From positions 266,461 to 330,460 of the forward strand of contig CAWDAS010000009.1 of NCBI GenBank assembly GCA_963800315.1: a stretch of DNA of 64,000 nucleotides, read 5' to 3'. A model generated the notes under the pieces. The model had not been told where the DNA came from and did no database searches. It worked only from the letters and a program-made list of their open reading frames with translations. The DNA comes from an uncultured Actinomycetota bacterium (lineage in GTDB: Bacteria > Actinomycetota > Actinomycetes > Mycobacteriales > Mycobacteriaceae). Shown in pieces: positions 1 through 11,413 of the stretch. How positions within the stretch are numbered: the stretch's first letter is position 1; each line of letters starts with the position of its first letter. Made by a program: the position numbers and the translations under genes.

Positions 1-1
1 T

Positions 2-427
<426 letters not shown>

Positions 428-439
428 CCCCGGCGGTGG

Positions 440-1303
440 CTACTTCTCGTACGTGAACTGGTTGACGTCGGTGTAGCCCTGGCGGAACAGCTTGGCGCAG
501 CCGGTGAGGTACTTCATATAGCGGTCGTAGACCTCTTCTGACTGGACGGCGATGGCCGTGTCCTTGTTGGCCTCGAGCGCGACGGCCCACATTTCCAGGG
601 TCCTCGCGTAGTGCAGCTGCAACGACTGAATCCGGGCCAGCCTGAAACCGGCCGCGGTCGCGTGCTCTTCAACCGACGGAATCGTCGGCAGCCAGCCGCC
701 GGGGAAGATCTCGGCCAGGATGAACTGGGTGAAGTGAACGATTTCGTGGGTCAACGCATTGCCCTGCGCCCGGGCGTCTTTGAAGGTGGGACGCGTGATG
801 GTGTGCAGCAGCATGATGCCGTCGGCCGGCAGCACTTCGTGGGCCATCTTGAAGAAGCGGCCCCAGCGTCGGCGGCCGAAGTGCTCGAAAGCGCCGATGG
901 AGACGATGCGGTCGACGGGCTCGTGGAACTTCTCCCAGCCCTCGAGTAGCACCCGCCGGGTGCGGGGGGTGTCCATCTGGTCGAACATCTTCTGGACGTG
1001 CGCGGCCTGATTCTCCGACAGCGTCAGGCCCACGACGTTGACGTCGTACTTCTCGATGGCCCTTCGCATGGTGGCGCCCCAGCCGCAGCCGATGTCCAGC
1101 AGCGTCATCCCCGGCTCGAGGTTCAGCTTCCCCAGCGCCAGGTCGACCTTGGCGATCTGCGCCTCTTCCAACGTCATGTCGTCGCGCTCGAAGTAGGCGC
1201 AGCTATAGGTCTGGGTCGGGTCCAGGAATAGCCGGAAGAAGTCGTCCGACAGATCGTAATGGGCTTGGACGTTTCCAAAATGCGGCGTGAGCTGCACGGA
1301 CAT
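440..1303 (-). CDS. pcaA: Mycolic acid cyclopropane synthase PcaA
   Basis: MSVQLTPHFGNVQAHYDLSDDFF start (ATG 1303); [12 protein letters not shown] motif; IVSIGAFEHF. Confidence 0.9.
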   Translation of the reverse strand: MSVQLTPHFGNVQAHYDLSDDFFRLFLDPTQTYSCAYFERDDMTLEEAQIAKVDLALGKLNLEPGMTLLDIGCGWGATMRRAIEKYDVNVVGLTLSENQAAHVQKMFDQMDTPRTRRVLLEGWEKFHEPVDRIVSIGAFEHFGRRRWGRFFKMAHEVLPADGIMLLHTITRPTFKDARAQGNALTHEIVHFTQFILAEIFPGGWLPTIPSVEEHATAAGFRLARIQSLQLHYARTLEMWAVALEANKDTAIAVQSEEVYDRYMKYLTGCAKLFRQGYTDVNQFTYEK

Positions 1304-1464
1304 ACCGAGATTGAGCCTTTCTGTCTGCGGGTGCGAGCGGGAGCCCACGTGATGCACCCTTCGTTACCCCCGCTGCATCCCCTGCATGCTAGCCGTTCAG
1401 ACGACCCAAGTCGCCTTCCCGGGCCCTCGATAGCGTCACACCAGCGGTGGCCGGCCGCCCCGGG

Positions 1465-2184
1465 TCAGCGCTCGCGGGGTGGCACGATCGGCGAAGGATG
1501 CGGCTCGCCCCGGAACTTTTCCAGCGATCCGCCGACCTCGACGATACCTTTCAGCGCGTTCCAACTCAGCATGGTCAGGTAGTCGATCAGCTCGTCGCGG
1601 CTCATGCGCGGGTCCGACATCCACGAGTGGGTGGCCAGCTGCACCCCGCCGACGATGAGGTAAGCCCATGGCTCCACGCCGCCGGTGTCTATCCCGGCCT
1701 GTTGCATGCGGCGGCGCATCATCACCGCGAGCATGCGGGCGATGATCCGCTCGGAGTCGGCGATCACCTTGCTCTTGCTGGCCGAGCTGTTGGCCATCAC
1801 GAACCGATACGGCTCGGGTTCGTCGGCGACTGTGTCGACGTAGACCCGAATGATTTCGCGGGCCAAATCGAAGCCGTCCAGATTGGATGACAGCGCCGCG
1901 GCCATGTTCGGGATCAAGGTGGTCTGGGCGAACCGCATCATCACGGCGGTTGTCAGGTCGTTCTTGTCGACGAAGTAGCGATACAGCACCGTCTTGGAGA
2001 CACCGATCTCCGCGGCTATATCGTCCATGCTCAAGAAGCGGCCGTGCCGGCGGATCGCGTCGATCGTGCCATCCACCAGCTCGTTGCGGCGCTCCACCTT
2101 GTGTTGGTGCCAGCGCCGCTTGCGGCCATCCGTCTTGATGGTCACAGCCGATATCTGCTCTGCCACTGTTCGCCGATTTCCCAT
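1465..2184 (-). CDS. TetR-family regulator (Rv0472c-like)
   Basis: HTH LSMDDIAAEIGVSKTVLYRYF. Confidence 0.9.
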   Translation of the reverse strand: MGNRRTVAEQISAVTIKTDGRKRRWHQHKVERRNELVDGTIDAIRRHGRFLSMDDIAAEIGVSKTVLYRYFVDKNDLTTAVMMRFAQTTLIPNMAAALSSNLDGFDLAREIIRVYVDTVADEPEPYRFVMANSSASKSKVIADSERIIARMLAVMMRRRMQQAGIDTGGVEPWAYLIVGGVQLATHSWMSDPRMSRDELIDYLTMLSWNALKGIVEVGGSLEKFRGEPHPSPIVPPRER

Positions 2185-2301
2185 TCCCTAGACGCCCTTG
2201 ATACTACGGCTTAGGGGGCTTATTTGGCGCCTGTGCGGCGCGTGGATGACCCCCGGCGGAACAGGTTCGTCACACCATTTGGTCCGGCGATAGATGATGG
2301 A

Positions 2302-3684
2302 GTGGTGGTACACAGAGCCTCACCGAGAGGCGAAGCGCCGGGCTTGCCGGTGGCGCGGCCGAATTCGATGACACCGTCGGCCGGGATCCGGCCGGCCCAC
2401 ACCTCCCTTGCGGAATCGTTCGCCGGTGCCGATCCGCAGGCCGACGCCGAGCGGCGGGTGGGGCTGCGCCGGATGAAGATCGTGGCACTGAGCTTTTTGG
2501 TCGGCGCCACCGGGGTGTTCCTCGCCTGTCGGTGGGCCCAGGCGCACGCCAGCGTGGGCGCCTGGGTCGGCTATGTCGGTGCGGCCGCGGAGGCCGGCAT
2601 GGTGGGCGCGTTGGCGGACTGGTTCGCCGTGACCGCGCTGTTCCGGCATCCGCTGGGCATCCCCATCCCGCACACCGCGATCATCAAGCGCAAAAAAGAC
2701 CAACTCGGCGAGGGCTTGGGAACGTTCGTGCGGGAGAACTTCCTGTCACCGCCCATCGTCGAAATCAAGCTGCGGGATGCGCAGGTGCCCGGCAGGCTCG
2801 GTAAGTGGCTGTCGGAGCCGGCGCATGCCGAGCGGGTGGCCAGCGAGACGGCGACGGTGCTGCGCGTGCTGGTGGAGCTGCTGCGCGACGACGACGTCCA
2901 GCAGGTCATCGATCGGATGATCGTGCGCCGCATCGCCGAACCGCAGTGGGGCCCGCCGGTGGGCCGGGTGCTGGCGACCCTGCTGGCCGAGAATCGGCAG
3001 GAGGCCCTGATCCAGTTGCTGGCCGACCGGGCGTTTCAATGGTCGCTGAACGCCGGTGAGGTCATCCAGCGGGTGGTCGAGCGTGACTCGCCAAGCTGGT
3101 CGCCGCGCTTCATCGACCACCTGGTGGGGGACCGCATCCATCGCGAGTTGATGGACTTCACCGACAAGGTGCGCCGCAACCCCGATCACGAATTGCGCCG
3201 TTCGGCGACCCGCTTCCTGTTCGAATTCGCCGACGATCTGCAGCACGACCCGGCCACCATCGCGCGCGCCGACGCCGTCAAGGAGCAGCTGATGGCGCGT
3301 GACGAGATCGCCAACGCGGCTGCCACGGCGTGGAAGACGCTGAAACGGCTGGTGCTCGAGGGGGTGGATGACCCCTCCAGCACGTTGCGGACCCGCATCG
3401 GCGACGCGGTGGTCCGCATCGGGGAATCCCTGCGTGACGACGCCGACCTGCGTGACAAGGTGGACAACTGGATCGTGCGGGCCGCCCAGCACCTGGTTTC
3501 CCAGTACGGGGTGGAAATCACCGCGATCATCACCGAGACGATCGAACGCTGGGATGCCGAGGAAGCGAGTCGGCGGATCGAGCTGCACGTGGGCCGGGAC
3601 CTGCAATTTATCCGGATCAACGGCACGGTCGTGGGGTCGCTGGCCGGACTGGCGATCTACGCGATAGCGCAGCTGTTTTTCTAG
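2302..3684 (+). CDS. DUF445 membrane protein (Rv0473-like)
   Basis: AEAGMVGALADWFAVTALFRHP and GRDLQFIRINGTVVG motifs; start approximate (GTG 2302 or 2305). Confidence 0.85.
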   Translation: MVVHRASPRGEAPGLPVARPNSMTPSAGIRPAHTSLAESFAGADPQADAERRVGLRRMKIVALSFLVGATGVFLACRWAQAHASVGAWVGYVGAAAEAGMVGALADWFAVTALFRHPLGIPIPHTAIIKRKKDQLGEGLGTFVRENFLSPPIVEIKLRDAQVPGRLGKWLSEPAHAERVASETATVLRVLVELLRDDDVQQVIDRMIVRRIAEPQWGPPVGRVLATLLAENRQEALIQLLADRAFQWSLNAGEVIQRVVERDSPSWSPRFIDHLVGDRIHRELMDFTDKVRRNPDHELRRSATRFLFEFADDLQHDPATIARADAVKEQLMARDEIANAAATAWKTLKRLVLEGVDDPSSTLRTRIGDAVVRIGESLRDDADLRDKVDNWIVRAAQHLVSQYGVEITAIITETIERWDAEEASRRIELHVGRDLQFIRINGTVVGSLAGLAIYAIAQLFF

Positions 3685-3698
3685 GAATGCTAACAACT

Positions 3699-3714
3699 GC
3701 TTGCAATAGCAAGC
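3699..3714. promoter_or_regulatory. Palindromic putative operator GCTTGC-AATA-GCAAGC
   Basis: Perfect 6-bp inverted repeat in the AT-richer gap upstream of the Xre regulator. Confidence 0.4.
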
Positions 3715-3769
3715 GCTGGTCCGTACGCTGGTGCCAGTCAAGGCCAGCCATCGGACCCGGGAGTATGCA

Positions 3770-4189
3770 ATGACATCGGAGGAGAAGCTCTCCACCAAGG
3801 TGTCCAGCGCTGCCTCCGACATGGCCTCTGACATCGGCAGTTTCATCCGGAGCCAGCGCGAGCTTGCGCAGGTCTCCGTGCGGCAACTGGCCGAAAAGTC
3901 CGGCGTCAGCAATCCGTACCTGAGTCAGGTGGAACGCGGATTGCGTAAGCCGTCCGCCGATGTGTTGAACCAGATCGCGAAGGCGCTGCGAGTTTCCGCC
4001 GAGGTTCTCTATGTGCGGGCCGGGATTCTCGAGCCCAGCGACAAGAGTCAGGTGCGTGACGCCATCATCACCGATACCGCGATCACCGAGCGCCAGAAGC
4101 AGGTCCTGCTCGACATCTACGCATCGTTTACTCAACAAAACGAATCCATTAACGAGGAGGGTTCGACCGAATCCGACAGCGACGAGTGA
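3770..4189 (+). CDS. Xre-family HTH regulator (Rv0474-like)
   Basis: VSVRQLAEKSGVSNPYLSQVERGLRKPS HTH. Confidence 0.9.
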   Translation: MTSEEKLSTKVSSAASDMASDIGSFIRSQRELAQVSVRQLAEKSGVSNPYLSQVERGLRKPSADVLNQIAKALRVSAEVLYVRAGILEPSDKSQVRDAIITDTAITERQKQVLLDIYASFTQQNESINEEGSTESDSDE

Positions 4190-4401
4190 ATTTCCCGTCC
4201 GGCCGGCATCGCCCGCGAATTCGGCGGGCTGAATCGCCAGCCCACGCCGCTAGGCGGACGGTGATGTATAGACAACCGGCCGGCGGGGTTACCCAATAAC
4301 CGGATTTGACGTCTAGCAGTTCAACAGGAGACCCTCGGCCCTAGCTTCCAGACCACACACGTAGTAGGGCTGATAACGAGAACACCATGAAAGGAAACAC
4401 C

Positions 4402-4992
4402 ATGGCGGAAACCACAAATATCGAAGACTTGCGAGCTCCGTTGCTCGCGGCCCTGGGCGCGGCCGACCTGGCCCTGGCCACTGTCAACGATCTGATCACC
4501 AACCTTCGTGATCGTGCCGGGGAGACCCGCGCCGACACCCGCAGCCGGGTCGAGGAGAGCCGCGCTCGCCTGACCAAGCTGCAGGAGGACCTGCCCGACC
4601 AGTTCACCGAACTGCGTGAGCGGTTCACCAGCGACGAGCTGCGCCGGGCCGCCGAGGGCTACCTGGAGGCCGCGACCGGCCGGTACAACGAGCTCGTCGA
4701 GCGGGGCGAGGCGGCGTTGCAGCGGCTGCGCAGCCAGCCGGCCTTCGAGGACGCCTCCGCGCGCGCCGAGGGCTACATGGACCAGGCCGTCGAGCTGACG
4801 CAGGAAGCGCTCGGCAACGTCGCATCGCAGACCCGCGCGGTCGGTGAGCGCGCCGCCAAGCTGGTCGGCATCGATCTGCCCAAGAAGGCTCCGGCCAAGA
4901 AGGCGCCCGCGAAGAAGGCTCCGGCCAAGAAGGCTGCGGCGAAGAAGGCTCCGGCCAAGAAGGCTGCGGCTAAGAAGGTCACCCAAAAATAG
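4402..4992 (+). CDS. hbhA: Heparin-binding haemagglutinin
   Basis: [16 protein letters not shown]-terminus, coiled-coil core, C-terminal [10 protein letters not shown] repeats; AAGGA RBS before ATG 4402. Confidence 0.97.
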   Translation: MAETTNIEDLRAPLLAALGAADLALATVNDLITNLRDRAGETRADTRSRVEESRARLTKLQEDLPDQFTELRERFTSDELRRAAEGYLEAATGRYNELVERGEAALQRLRSQPAFEDASARAEGYMDQAVELTQEALGNVASQTRAVGERAAKLVGIDLPKKAPAKKAPAKKAPAKKAAAKKAPAKKAAAKKVTQK

Positions 4993-5004
4993 GATCCCGA
5001 GCAA

Positions 5005-5051
5005 AACCGTCGACTCAGAGTCGCCCGCAGGGCGACTCTGAGTCGACGGTT
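5005..5051 (+). terminator. Long perfect hairpin after hbhA
   Basis: AACCGTCGACTCAGAGTCGCCC-GCA-GGGCGACTCTGAGTCGACGGTT, 22-bp stem. Confidence 0.8.
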
Positions 5052-5075
5052 GCGATGATGGCCTACGCTTAAGAC

Positions 5076-5351
5076 GTGTTCCAAGCCGTGAATCTCGTCA
5101 TGTGGGTCTTAAAGCTCGCCGTTCTGGTGACAGCGGTGTACGCATTCGTTCATGCGGCGCTGCAACGGTCCGACGCCTATACCGCCGCCGACAAGCTGAC
5201 CAAGCCGGTGTGGTTGGTCATCCTGGGCGTAGCGACCCTTCTGAACTTGTGGCTTGGCGTAATGGGCATGGCGATCGCCGCCTGCGCGGCCGGCGTGTAT
5301 CTGGTCGACGTGCGGCCCAAACTTCTGGAAATTCAAGGTAAGTCGCGCTAG
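5076..5351 (+). CDS. DUF2516 small membrane protein (Rv0476-like)
   Basis: [14 protein letters not shown] and [10 protein letters not shown] motifs. Confidence 0.85.
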   Translation: MFQAVNLVMWVLKLAVLVTAVYAFVHAALQRSDAYTAADKLTKPVWLVILGVATLLNLWLGVMGMAIAACAAGVYLVDVRPKLLEIQGKSR

Positions 5352-5355
5352 CGGG

Positions 5356-5787
5356 ATGAAGGCCCTGCTGACGGTGCTGGTCGCCCTCTGGGGCCCGGTG
5401 GCGGCGGCGGTGCCCGCTTTCGCCGATCCCGGCACCGGCGCCACCGGCCCGGTCAGCCCGTCGCCCCCCTTCATCGGGCACACCGAATGGACGCAGTGGC
5501 AAGGCCTGCGCAGCCTGCGGGTCTTCCCGACGGCGGCTGGGCGTGCGGCCCCCCGACAGACCGGAACAGCTGCCTTCGCCGACGAAGCCTGGGCCGAAGT
5601 GCGCGCGTTGTCGCCGGAATCCGACACCGCCGGGATGCGCGCGCAATTCATCTGTCACTGGCAGTTCGCCGAACTGGCCCAGCCCGGCAAGGCCAGCTGG
5701 AACCTGGAGCCGTGGCGGCCGGTCGTGGACGACGCCGAAATGGTCGCCGCCGGGTGCAATCCGGGTGGTTCGGCAGAAGCGTTCTAG
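5356..5787 (+). CDS. DUF2599 secreted protein (Rv0477-like)
   Basis: Signal peptide; MRAQFICHW and WNLEPWRP motifs. Confidence 0.85.
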   Translation: MKALLTVLVALWGPVAAAVPAFADPGTGATGPVSPSPPFIGHTEWTQWQGLRSLRVFPTAAGRAAPRQTGTAAFADEAWAEVRALSPESDTAGMRAQFICHWQFAELAQPGKASWNLEPWRPVVDDAEMVAAGCNPGGSAEAF

Positions 5788-6461
5788 TGGTGGGCCAACC
5801 TACCCGGGCGCAGGTGGCGGCGCTGGTCGACCACACCCTGCTCAAGCCCGAGGCCACCCCCGCCGACGTCGCCGCCCTGGTCGCCGAAGCCGCGGAACTG
5901 GGCGTCTACGCGGTCTGCGTCTCACCGTCGATGGTGCCGGTCGCGGTACGAACCGGCGGTGTACGAGTGGCCAGCGTGGCGGGTTTTCCGTCCGGTAAGC
6001 ATGTGTCGGCGGTCAAGGCGCACGAGGCCGCCGAGGCGGAGGCATCCGGTGCCGGCGAGATCGACATGGTCATCGATATCGGCGCCGCCCTGGCCGGCGA
6101 CATCGATGCCGTGCGCTCCGATATCCAGGCCGTGCGCGCCGCCGTTACCGGGGCCGTGCTCAAGGTGATCGTGGAGTCGGCGGCGCTGTTGGCGCACACC
6201 GATGATCGGGTGCTGGTGCAGGTGTGCCGCGCCGCCGAGGACGCCGGCGCCGACTTCGTCAAGACCTCGACCGGGTTTCATCCGGCGGGCGGCGCGTCGC
6301 TGCCCGCCGTCGCGGTGATGAGCCGGACCGTGGGCGGGCGGCTGGGGGTCAAGGCCAGCGGCGGCATCCGCACCGCCGCCGATGCCATCGCGATGCTGGA
6401 TGCCGGTGCCACCAGGCTGGGCCTGTCGGGCACCCGGGCGGTGCTCGACGGGCTTGGTTAG
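5787..6461 (+). CDS. deoC: Deoxyribose-phosphate aldolase
   Basis: [34 protein letters not shown] overlaps the upstream TAG. Confidence 0.95.
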   Translation: MVGQPTRAQVAALVDHTLLKPEATPADVAALVAEAAELGVYAVCVSPSMVPVAVRTGGVRVASVAGFPSGKHVSAVKAHEAAEAEASGAGEIDMVIDIGAALAGDIDAVRSDIQAVRAAVTGAVLKVIVESAALLAHTDDRVLVQVCRAAEDAGADFVKTSTGFHPAGGASLPAVAVMSRTVGGRLGVKASGGIRTAADAIAMLDAGATRLGLSGTRAVLDGLG

Positions 6462-6471
6462 CGCCCGAGCG

Positions 6472-7494
6472 TCAGAGGTTGGCGAAGCAGGGGTCCTGGC
6501 CGCCGCCACCGGTGGGGATGGTTGCGTTCTGGGTCGAAAAATGGCTCACCACCCCGGTGTCGGTGACCTGCACGCTGTCCGCGTGGATACCCAACGGGTA
6601 GTTCTTGGTCAGGTTGGCGGTGAAGTTGTCCAGCGTCGACTGCACGGACTCTTTCGGCATCGTGAAGCCGAGCGCGTTGAAGCTGATGATCTGCAGATTC
6701 AGGCCCTTGCCGGACACCACCGGCTTGGTCATCAGGTTGTCCAGCATGCCCTTGAGTTCGATGGTGCCGTCCTTGGGATGAGTGGTCACCGAGTTGGTGA
6801 CGAAGGGGCCCAGCACGGGAATCGCGTTCTGCACCGACTGCTTGATGCCGTCCGCTGTCCAGGTGATGGTCGCGTCGAGGGATCCGATGGTGCCCTTGGA
6901 GTCGGCGGTGCGGTTGAGACGGACATCCTTGATATCGATGGCGATCTTCATGCCCTTGGCATCGCGGATCTGGTTGCCGGCCGTGGACACCGAGATATTG
7001 GTGTAATGCTTGGTGGCCAGCTGCCACAGCATCAGCGGTGCGACCCCGAACGACGCGGTGGCCTGATCCTTGACCTCACAGGCCACCGCCTCGGCGACCT
7101 TGCTGTCCGCGACATGCCGCGCGTACAGCTCGGCCCCGATCAGCCCGGCGATCACCAGCGAAAAAACGATGATGCAGATCAGCAGGATGGATAGCGGGTC
7201 GCGAAAGCGTCGTTTTTTCTTCACCGGGGACGGCTCGTCGTCGGGCGCGGCCAGCTTTTCCGTCGGCGCCGCCGGCGGCATAGGCGGAGGAGGGGAGCTG
7301 GGTTGCTGCATGTTCGGCTGCGCCGCGCCCAGCTGCTCGGTCTGACCGGGCCGCGGACCGGGTGCGACCGGCGGCGGTTGGTTCGGGCCGCCGGTGCTCA
7401 TCCGCTCGGTGGGGGGCTGGCCGAAACCGCCCGGGTTGCCGGGACGGGCCCACGTCGACGGGTCTTGATTCGGCGGTCCTTGTGGGTTCGTCAC
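6472..7494 (-). CDS. DUF2993/LmeA-like membrane-anchored protein (Rv0479c-like)
   Basis: Pro-rich N-terminus, single TM, GAELYARH motif; synteny. Confidence 0.8.
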   Translation of the reverse strand: MTNPQGPPNQDPSTWARPGNPGGFGQPPTERMSTGGPNQPPPVAPGPRPGQTEQLGAAQPNMQQPSSPPPPMPPAAPTEKLAAPDDEPSPVKKKRRFRDPLSILLICIIVFSLVIAGLIGAELYARHVADSKVAEAVACEVKDQATASFGVAPLMLWQLATKHYTNISVSTAGNQIRDAKGMKIAIDIKDVRLNRTADSKGTIGSLDATITWTADGIKQSVQNAIPVLGPFVTNSVTTHPKDGTIELKGMLDNLMTKPVVSGKGLNLQIISFNALGFTMPKESVQSTLDNFTANLTKNYPLGIHADSVQVTDTGVVSHFSTQNATIPTGGGGQDPCFANL

Positions 7495-8321
7495 CCAACC
7501 GATTCTGCCGTATCGAGCTGAGCGAAGTCTGAGCGGTTACGCAACACCGCGATGCTGTCGCGGGCCCGCGCCACCTTGTCGACGTCGATGTCGGCTACCA
7601 GCAGCTGCGGCTGGCCGCCCGCCGAGGCCACGACCTCCCCCAATGGCGAGGCCACCAGGCTGCCTCCCACCCCGGTGGGCGCACCCGATCCACTCAGCGC
7701 GTCGCCCGGGTCGGCCTGACCGGCCGCCGCGACGAAACTCATGGAGTCGAGCGCGCGGGCTCTGGCCAGCAACGTCCACTGCTCGAGTTTGCCGGGGCCC
7801 GCCCCCCACGACGCACCGACGACGATCAGCTGGGCGCCGCGGCGCGCCAGCTCGGTGTAGAGCGCCGGAAACCGAATGTCGTAGCAAACGGTCAGCCCCA
7901 CCCGAACGCCGTCGATCGTGATCACCACCGGCTCGTTACCCGCCGCGACGGTCCGCGACTCGGTGAAGCCGAACGCGTCATAGAGGTGGATCTTGTCGTA
8001 GTGGGCGTCCGGCCGGTTGGGCACGCCCGGGCCGGCCGCGATCAGCGTGTTTTTCACCCGCCCATCGCCGGATGGGGTGAACATGCCGGCGATCACGGTG
8101 ATCCCGGAGTCGGTTGCGATCCGGCGCACACCGTCCGCCCAGGGGCCGTCGACCGGTTCGGCGATGGGGGCCAGCGGTACACCGAACCGGCACATCGTCG
8201 CCTCGGGGAACACCACCAGCCGCGCGCCCGCGTCGGCCGCCTGGCGGCTGTAGTCGCGCACCAGCTCCAGATTTGCCGCCGGGTCGGTGCCACTGAGGAT
8301 CTGCGCCAACGCGATTCGCAT
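7491..8321 (-). CDS. Carbon-nitrogen hydrolase (nitrilase superfamily, Rv0480c-like)
   Basis: Catalytic E-K-C in FPEAT, YDKIHL, VCYDIRFP. Confidence 0.92.
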   Translation of the reverse strand: MRIALAQILSGTDPAANLELVRDYSRQAADAGARLVVFPEATMCRFGVPLAPIAEPVDGPWADGVRRIATDSGITVIAGMFTPSGDGRVKNTLIAAGPGVPNRPDAHYDKIHLYDAFGFTESRTVAAGNEPVVITIDGVRVGLTVCYDIRFPALYTELARRGAQLIVVGASWGAGPGKLEQWTLLARARALDSMSFVAAAGQADPGDALSGSGAPTGVGGSLVASPLGEVVASAGGQPQLLVADIDVDKVARARDSIAVLRNRSDFAQLDTAESVG

Positions 8322-8341
8322 GGCGCCAGCTTAGGCTCGGC

Positions 8342-8866
8342 TCAGGCCCGGTCGGCGATCCACTCGGTGGTGAAGCGCTGTTCCGCCGCCACCAGCTCGG
8401 CCAGCCGGGTCCCGATGATGTTCTCCAACTTGCCGCCGATGATCGGGACCCGCACGTGCACGGTGGCCTGGAACGTCAGCCGGGCGCCGCCCGTCCCGGC
8501 GATCGGCGACAGCATGGCGGTGCCGGACAGGTTCACCGGGGCGTTCACGATCGAGCCCGCGACGGAACCCTCGGCGGCACCGCCGGTGACCGGCCCCCAG
8601 GTCTCCTCGCGCCGGATACACAGATCGCCGTTGTGCAACTGCGTGACCATCCCCGGCAGGTTGTCGCTGCTTATCACCTGCAACGTGACGACCTCGACGG
8701 TGTCGTCGTCGCCGGACCTGCCGCCTACCCGCATCGACTCCAGCCTGGCGACGTCGACGCCCGACCCGGCCAGCCTGGCCTGCCAGTACCTCACATCGGT
8801 GAACGCCCGATGGACTTCGGCAACGCTGCCGTCGTAGTCGGCCGACAAGTCGAATGAACGCGGCAT
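8342..8866 (-). CDS. DUF2505 protein (Rv0481c-like)
   Basis: MPRSFD start; VRVPIIGGKLE motif. Confidence 0.8.
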   Translation of the reverse strand: MPRSFDLSADYDGSVAEVHRAFTDVRYWQARLAGSGVDVARLESMRVGGRSGDDDTVEVVTLQVISSDNLPGMVTQLHNGDLCIRREETWGPVTGGAAEGSVAGSIVNAPVNLSGTAMLSPIAGTGGARLTFQATVHVRVPIIGGKLENIIGTRLAELVAAEQRFTTEWIADRA

Positions 8867-8892
8867 AGCAGGTGAGGCTACCGTTACGGGCC

Positions 8893-9996
8893 ATGAAACG
8901 GAGCGGCACCGGCTCGATCTTCGCCGGTGCGCAGGTCGCCGAGGCGGTGCCGCTGGCGCCGCTGACCACGTTGCGGGTCGGGCCGATCGCGCGTCGCGTA
9001 ATCACTTGCGCCAGCACCGAACAGGTGATCGCCGTCGTGCGGCAGCTGGACGCCGAACGCCGCCAGGGGGACCGGCGCCCGGTTCTGCTGTTCGCCGGCG
9101 GTTCCAACCTGGTGATCGCCGACGGCCTGACCGACCTGACCGCCGTGCAGTTGGCCACCAGCGGCATCTGGGTCGACGGCAACCTGGTGCGCGCGGAGGC
9201 GGGCGCGGTGTGGGACGACGTGGTCCTACGGAGCATCGAGAGCGGCCTGGGCGGCCTGGAATGCCTGTCCGGTATCCCGGGCTCGGCCGGGGCCACCCCG
9301 GTGCAAAACGTCGGCGCCTACGGTGCGGAGGTTTCCGACACCATCACCCGGGTCCGGCTGCTCGACGCCAGCAGCGGCGAGGTGTGCTGGGTGCCGCGCA
9401 GCGAACTGCGCTTCGGGTACCGCACCAGCGTGTTCAAGCGGGCGGGCCAGGGCGGACCCGAAATCCCTTCGGTGGTACTGGAAGTGGAATTCGCGCTGGA
9501 CGCCTCGGGCCGCAGCGCACCGTTGCGCTATGGCGAACTGGCGGCTGCGCTACGGGTGAGCAGCGGCGAGCGCGCCGATCCCCGCGCGGTCCGCGACGCG
9601 GTGCTGAGCCTGCGAACCCGCAAGGGGATGGTGCTCGATGCGGCCGACCACGACACCTGGAGCGTGGGTTCGTTTTTCACCAACCCGGTGGTCGCCCCCG
9701 ACGTCTACGAGCGGTTAGCCGGAGCTGCCGCGGAGCCGGTGCCGCACTACCCGGCGCCGGACGGGGTCAAATTGGCGGCCGGCTGGCTGGTGGAACGGGC
9801 CGGCTTCGGCAAGGGCTATCCGGACAGCGAGGCGCGGTGCCGCCTGTCCACCAAGCACGCGCTGGCGCTGACCAACCGCGGCGGCGCCACCGCCGAGGAC
9901 GTGATTGCCCTGGCCCGCGTCATCCGCGACGGAGTCCGTGACGTGTTTGGTATCACACTGGAACCCGAACCGGTGCTGCTCGGGTGCAGGCTGTAG
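8893..9996 (+). CDS. murB: UDP-N-acetylenolpyruvoylglucosamine reductase
   Basis: [45 protein letters not shown]. Confidence 0.96.
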   Translation: MKRSGTGSIFAGAQVAEAVPLAPLTTLRVGPIARRVITCASTEQVIAVVRQLDAERRQGDRRPVLLFAGGSNLVIADGLTDLTAVQLATSGIWVDGNLVRAEAGAVWDDVVLRSIESGLGGLECLSGIPGSAGATPVQNVGAYGAEVSDTITRVRLLDASSGEVCWVPRSELRFGYRTSVFKRAGQGGPEIPSVVLEVEFALDASGRSAPLRYGELAAALRVSSGERADPRAVRDAVLSLRTRKGMVLDAADHDTWSVGSFFTNPVVAPDVYERLAGAAAEPVPHYPAPDGVKLAAGWLVERAGFGKGYPDSEARCRLSTKHALALTNRGGATAEDVIALARVIRDGVRDVFGITLEPEPVLLGCRL

Positions 9997-10066
9997 CTTC
10001 AATTTCGGCGATTGGCCCCCGACCTCGAATTGTCGCGGCGGGCGCGACTGATTTTCGCCGGTATCT

Positions 10067-11413
10067 TTGTCTCTCGTGAGCACGCCCAGCGTCCCGCAGC
10101 CGATCAAACGGCGCGTGGCCTTAGCGACCCTCGGGCTCGGCGTCTTGTCTCCCAGCCTGCTGGCCGCCTGCTCCGGCACGGTGACCAAACAAGCCCAGAA
10201 ACAGGAGCCGCCGGCGCCGCGTCTGAAGTTTCAGCCCGCCCTGAACACCCCAGCGGCCGACAACGTGGTGCCGATCGCGCCGATCAGCGTCCAGGTCACC
10301 GACGGCTGGTTCCAGCGCGTCGCGCTGACGAACTCGTCCGGCAAGGCCGTTGCGGGCAGGTTCAACCGGGAGCGCACCGTCTACACGACCACCGAGCCAC
10401 TGGGTTACGGCGCGACCTACACCTGGAGCGGCTCGGCCGTCGGGCACGACGGCAAGGCGATCCCGGTCGCGGGCAAATTCACCACCGTGGCGCCCAGCAA
10501 GAAGATCGGTGGGGCATTCCAGTTGGCCGACGGCCAGACCGTCGGCGTCGCGGCGCCGATCATCATCCAGTTCGACGCGCCGATCAGCGACAAGGCCGCC
10601 GTCGAAAAGGCGCTCACCGTCACCACCAATCCACCGGTCGAGGGCAGCTGGGCCTGGCTGCCCGACGAGGCGCAGGGCGCCCGCGTGCACTACCGCACCC
10701 GCGAGTACTACCCCGCCGGCACCACCGTCAATGTCGACGCCAAGCTCTACGGGCTGCCGTTCGGCGACGACATGTACGGCGCCGAGGACATCTCGCTGAA
10801 CATCCAGATCGGTCGCCGGCAGGTGGTGAAGGCCGCGGTTTCGTCGCACCGCATCCAGGTGGTCAGGGACGAAGGCGTCATCATGGATTTCCCGTGCAGC
10901 TACGGCGAGGCCGACAAGGCGCGCAACGTCACCCGTAACGGCATTCACGTGGTCACCGAAAAGTACGCCGACTTCTACATGTCCAACCCGGCCGCCGGCT
11001 ACACCAATGCCCACGAGCGCTGGGCGGTGCGGATCTCCAACAACGGCGAGTTCATCCACGCCAACCCGGCCAGCGCCGGCGCCCAGGGCAACACCAACGT
11101 CACCAACGGCTGCATCAATCTGTCGACGGGCGACGCCCAGGAGTACTACCACTCGGCGATTTACGGTGACCCCGTCGAGGTCACCGGAAGCTCGATCCAG
11201 CTGTCCTACTCCGACGGCGACATCTGGGACTGGGCCGTGGACTGGGATACCTGGGTGGCGATGTCGGCGCTGCCGCCGGCGACCTCGCGTCCACCGTCGA
11301 CGCAGATCCCGGTCACCGCACCGGTCACGCCGTCGGATGCGCCCACCCTGTCGGGCACGCCGACCACCACGACGACCCCGACCAGCACCGAGCCGTCTAG
11401 CCCCGGCGGTTAA
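10067..11413 (+). CDS. lprQ: L,D-transpeptidase lipoprotein LprQ (LdtMt5 type)
   Basis: Lipobox LLAAC; catalytic FIHAN...TNGCINL (Asn variant typical of Ldt5); Pro/Thr-rich tail. Confidence 0.92.
   Translation: MSLVSTPSVPQPIKRRVALATLGLGVLSPSLLAACSGTVTKQAQKQEPPAPRLKFQPALNTPAADNVVPIAPISVQVTDGWFQRVALTNSSGKAVAGRFNRERTVYTTTEPLGYGATYTWSGSAVGHDGKAIPVAGKFTTVAPSKKIGGAFQLADGQTVGVAAPIIIQFDAPISDKAAVEKALTVTTNPPVEGSWAWLPDEAQGARVHYRTREYYPAGTTVNVDAKLYGLPFGDDMYGAEDISLNIQIGRRQVVKAAVSSHRIQVVRDEGVIMDFPCSYGEADKARNVTRNGIHVVTEKYADFYMSNPAAGYTNAHERWAVRISNNGEFIHANPASAGAQGNTNVTNGCINLSTGDAQEYYHSAIYGDPVEVTGSSIQLSYSDGDIWDWAVDWDTWVAMSALPPATSRPPSTQIPVTAPVTPSDAPTLSGTPTTTTTPTSTEPSSPGG

Noticed and set aside
4882-4980. Lys/Ala tandem repeats at DNA level
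   Set aside because: Known HBHA heparin-binding tail, not a CRISPR or independent repeat; no CRISPR array was seen anywhere in the window
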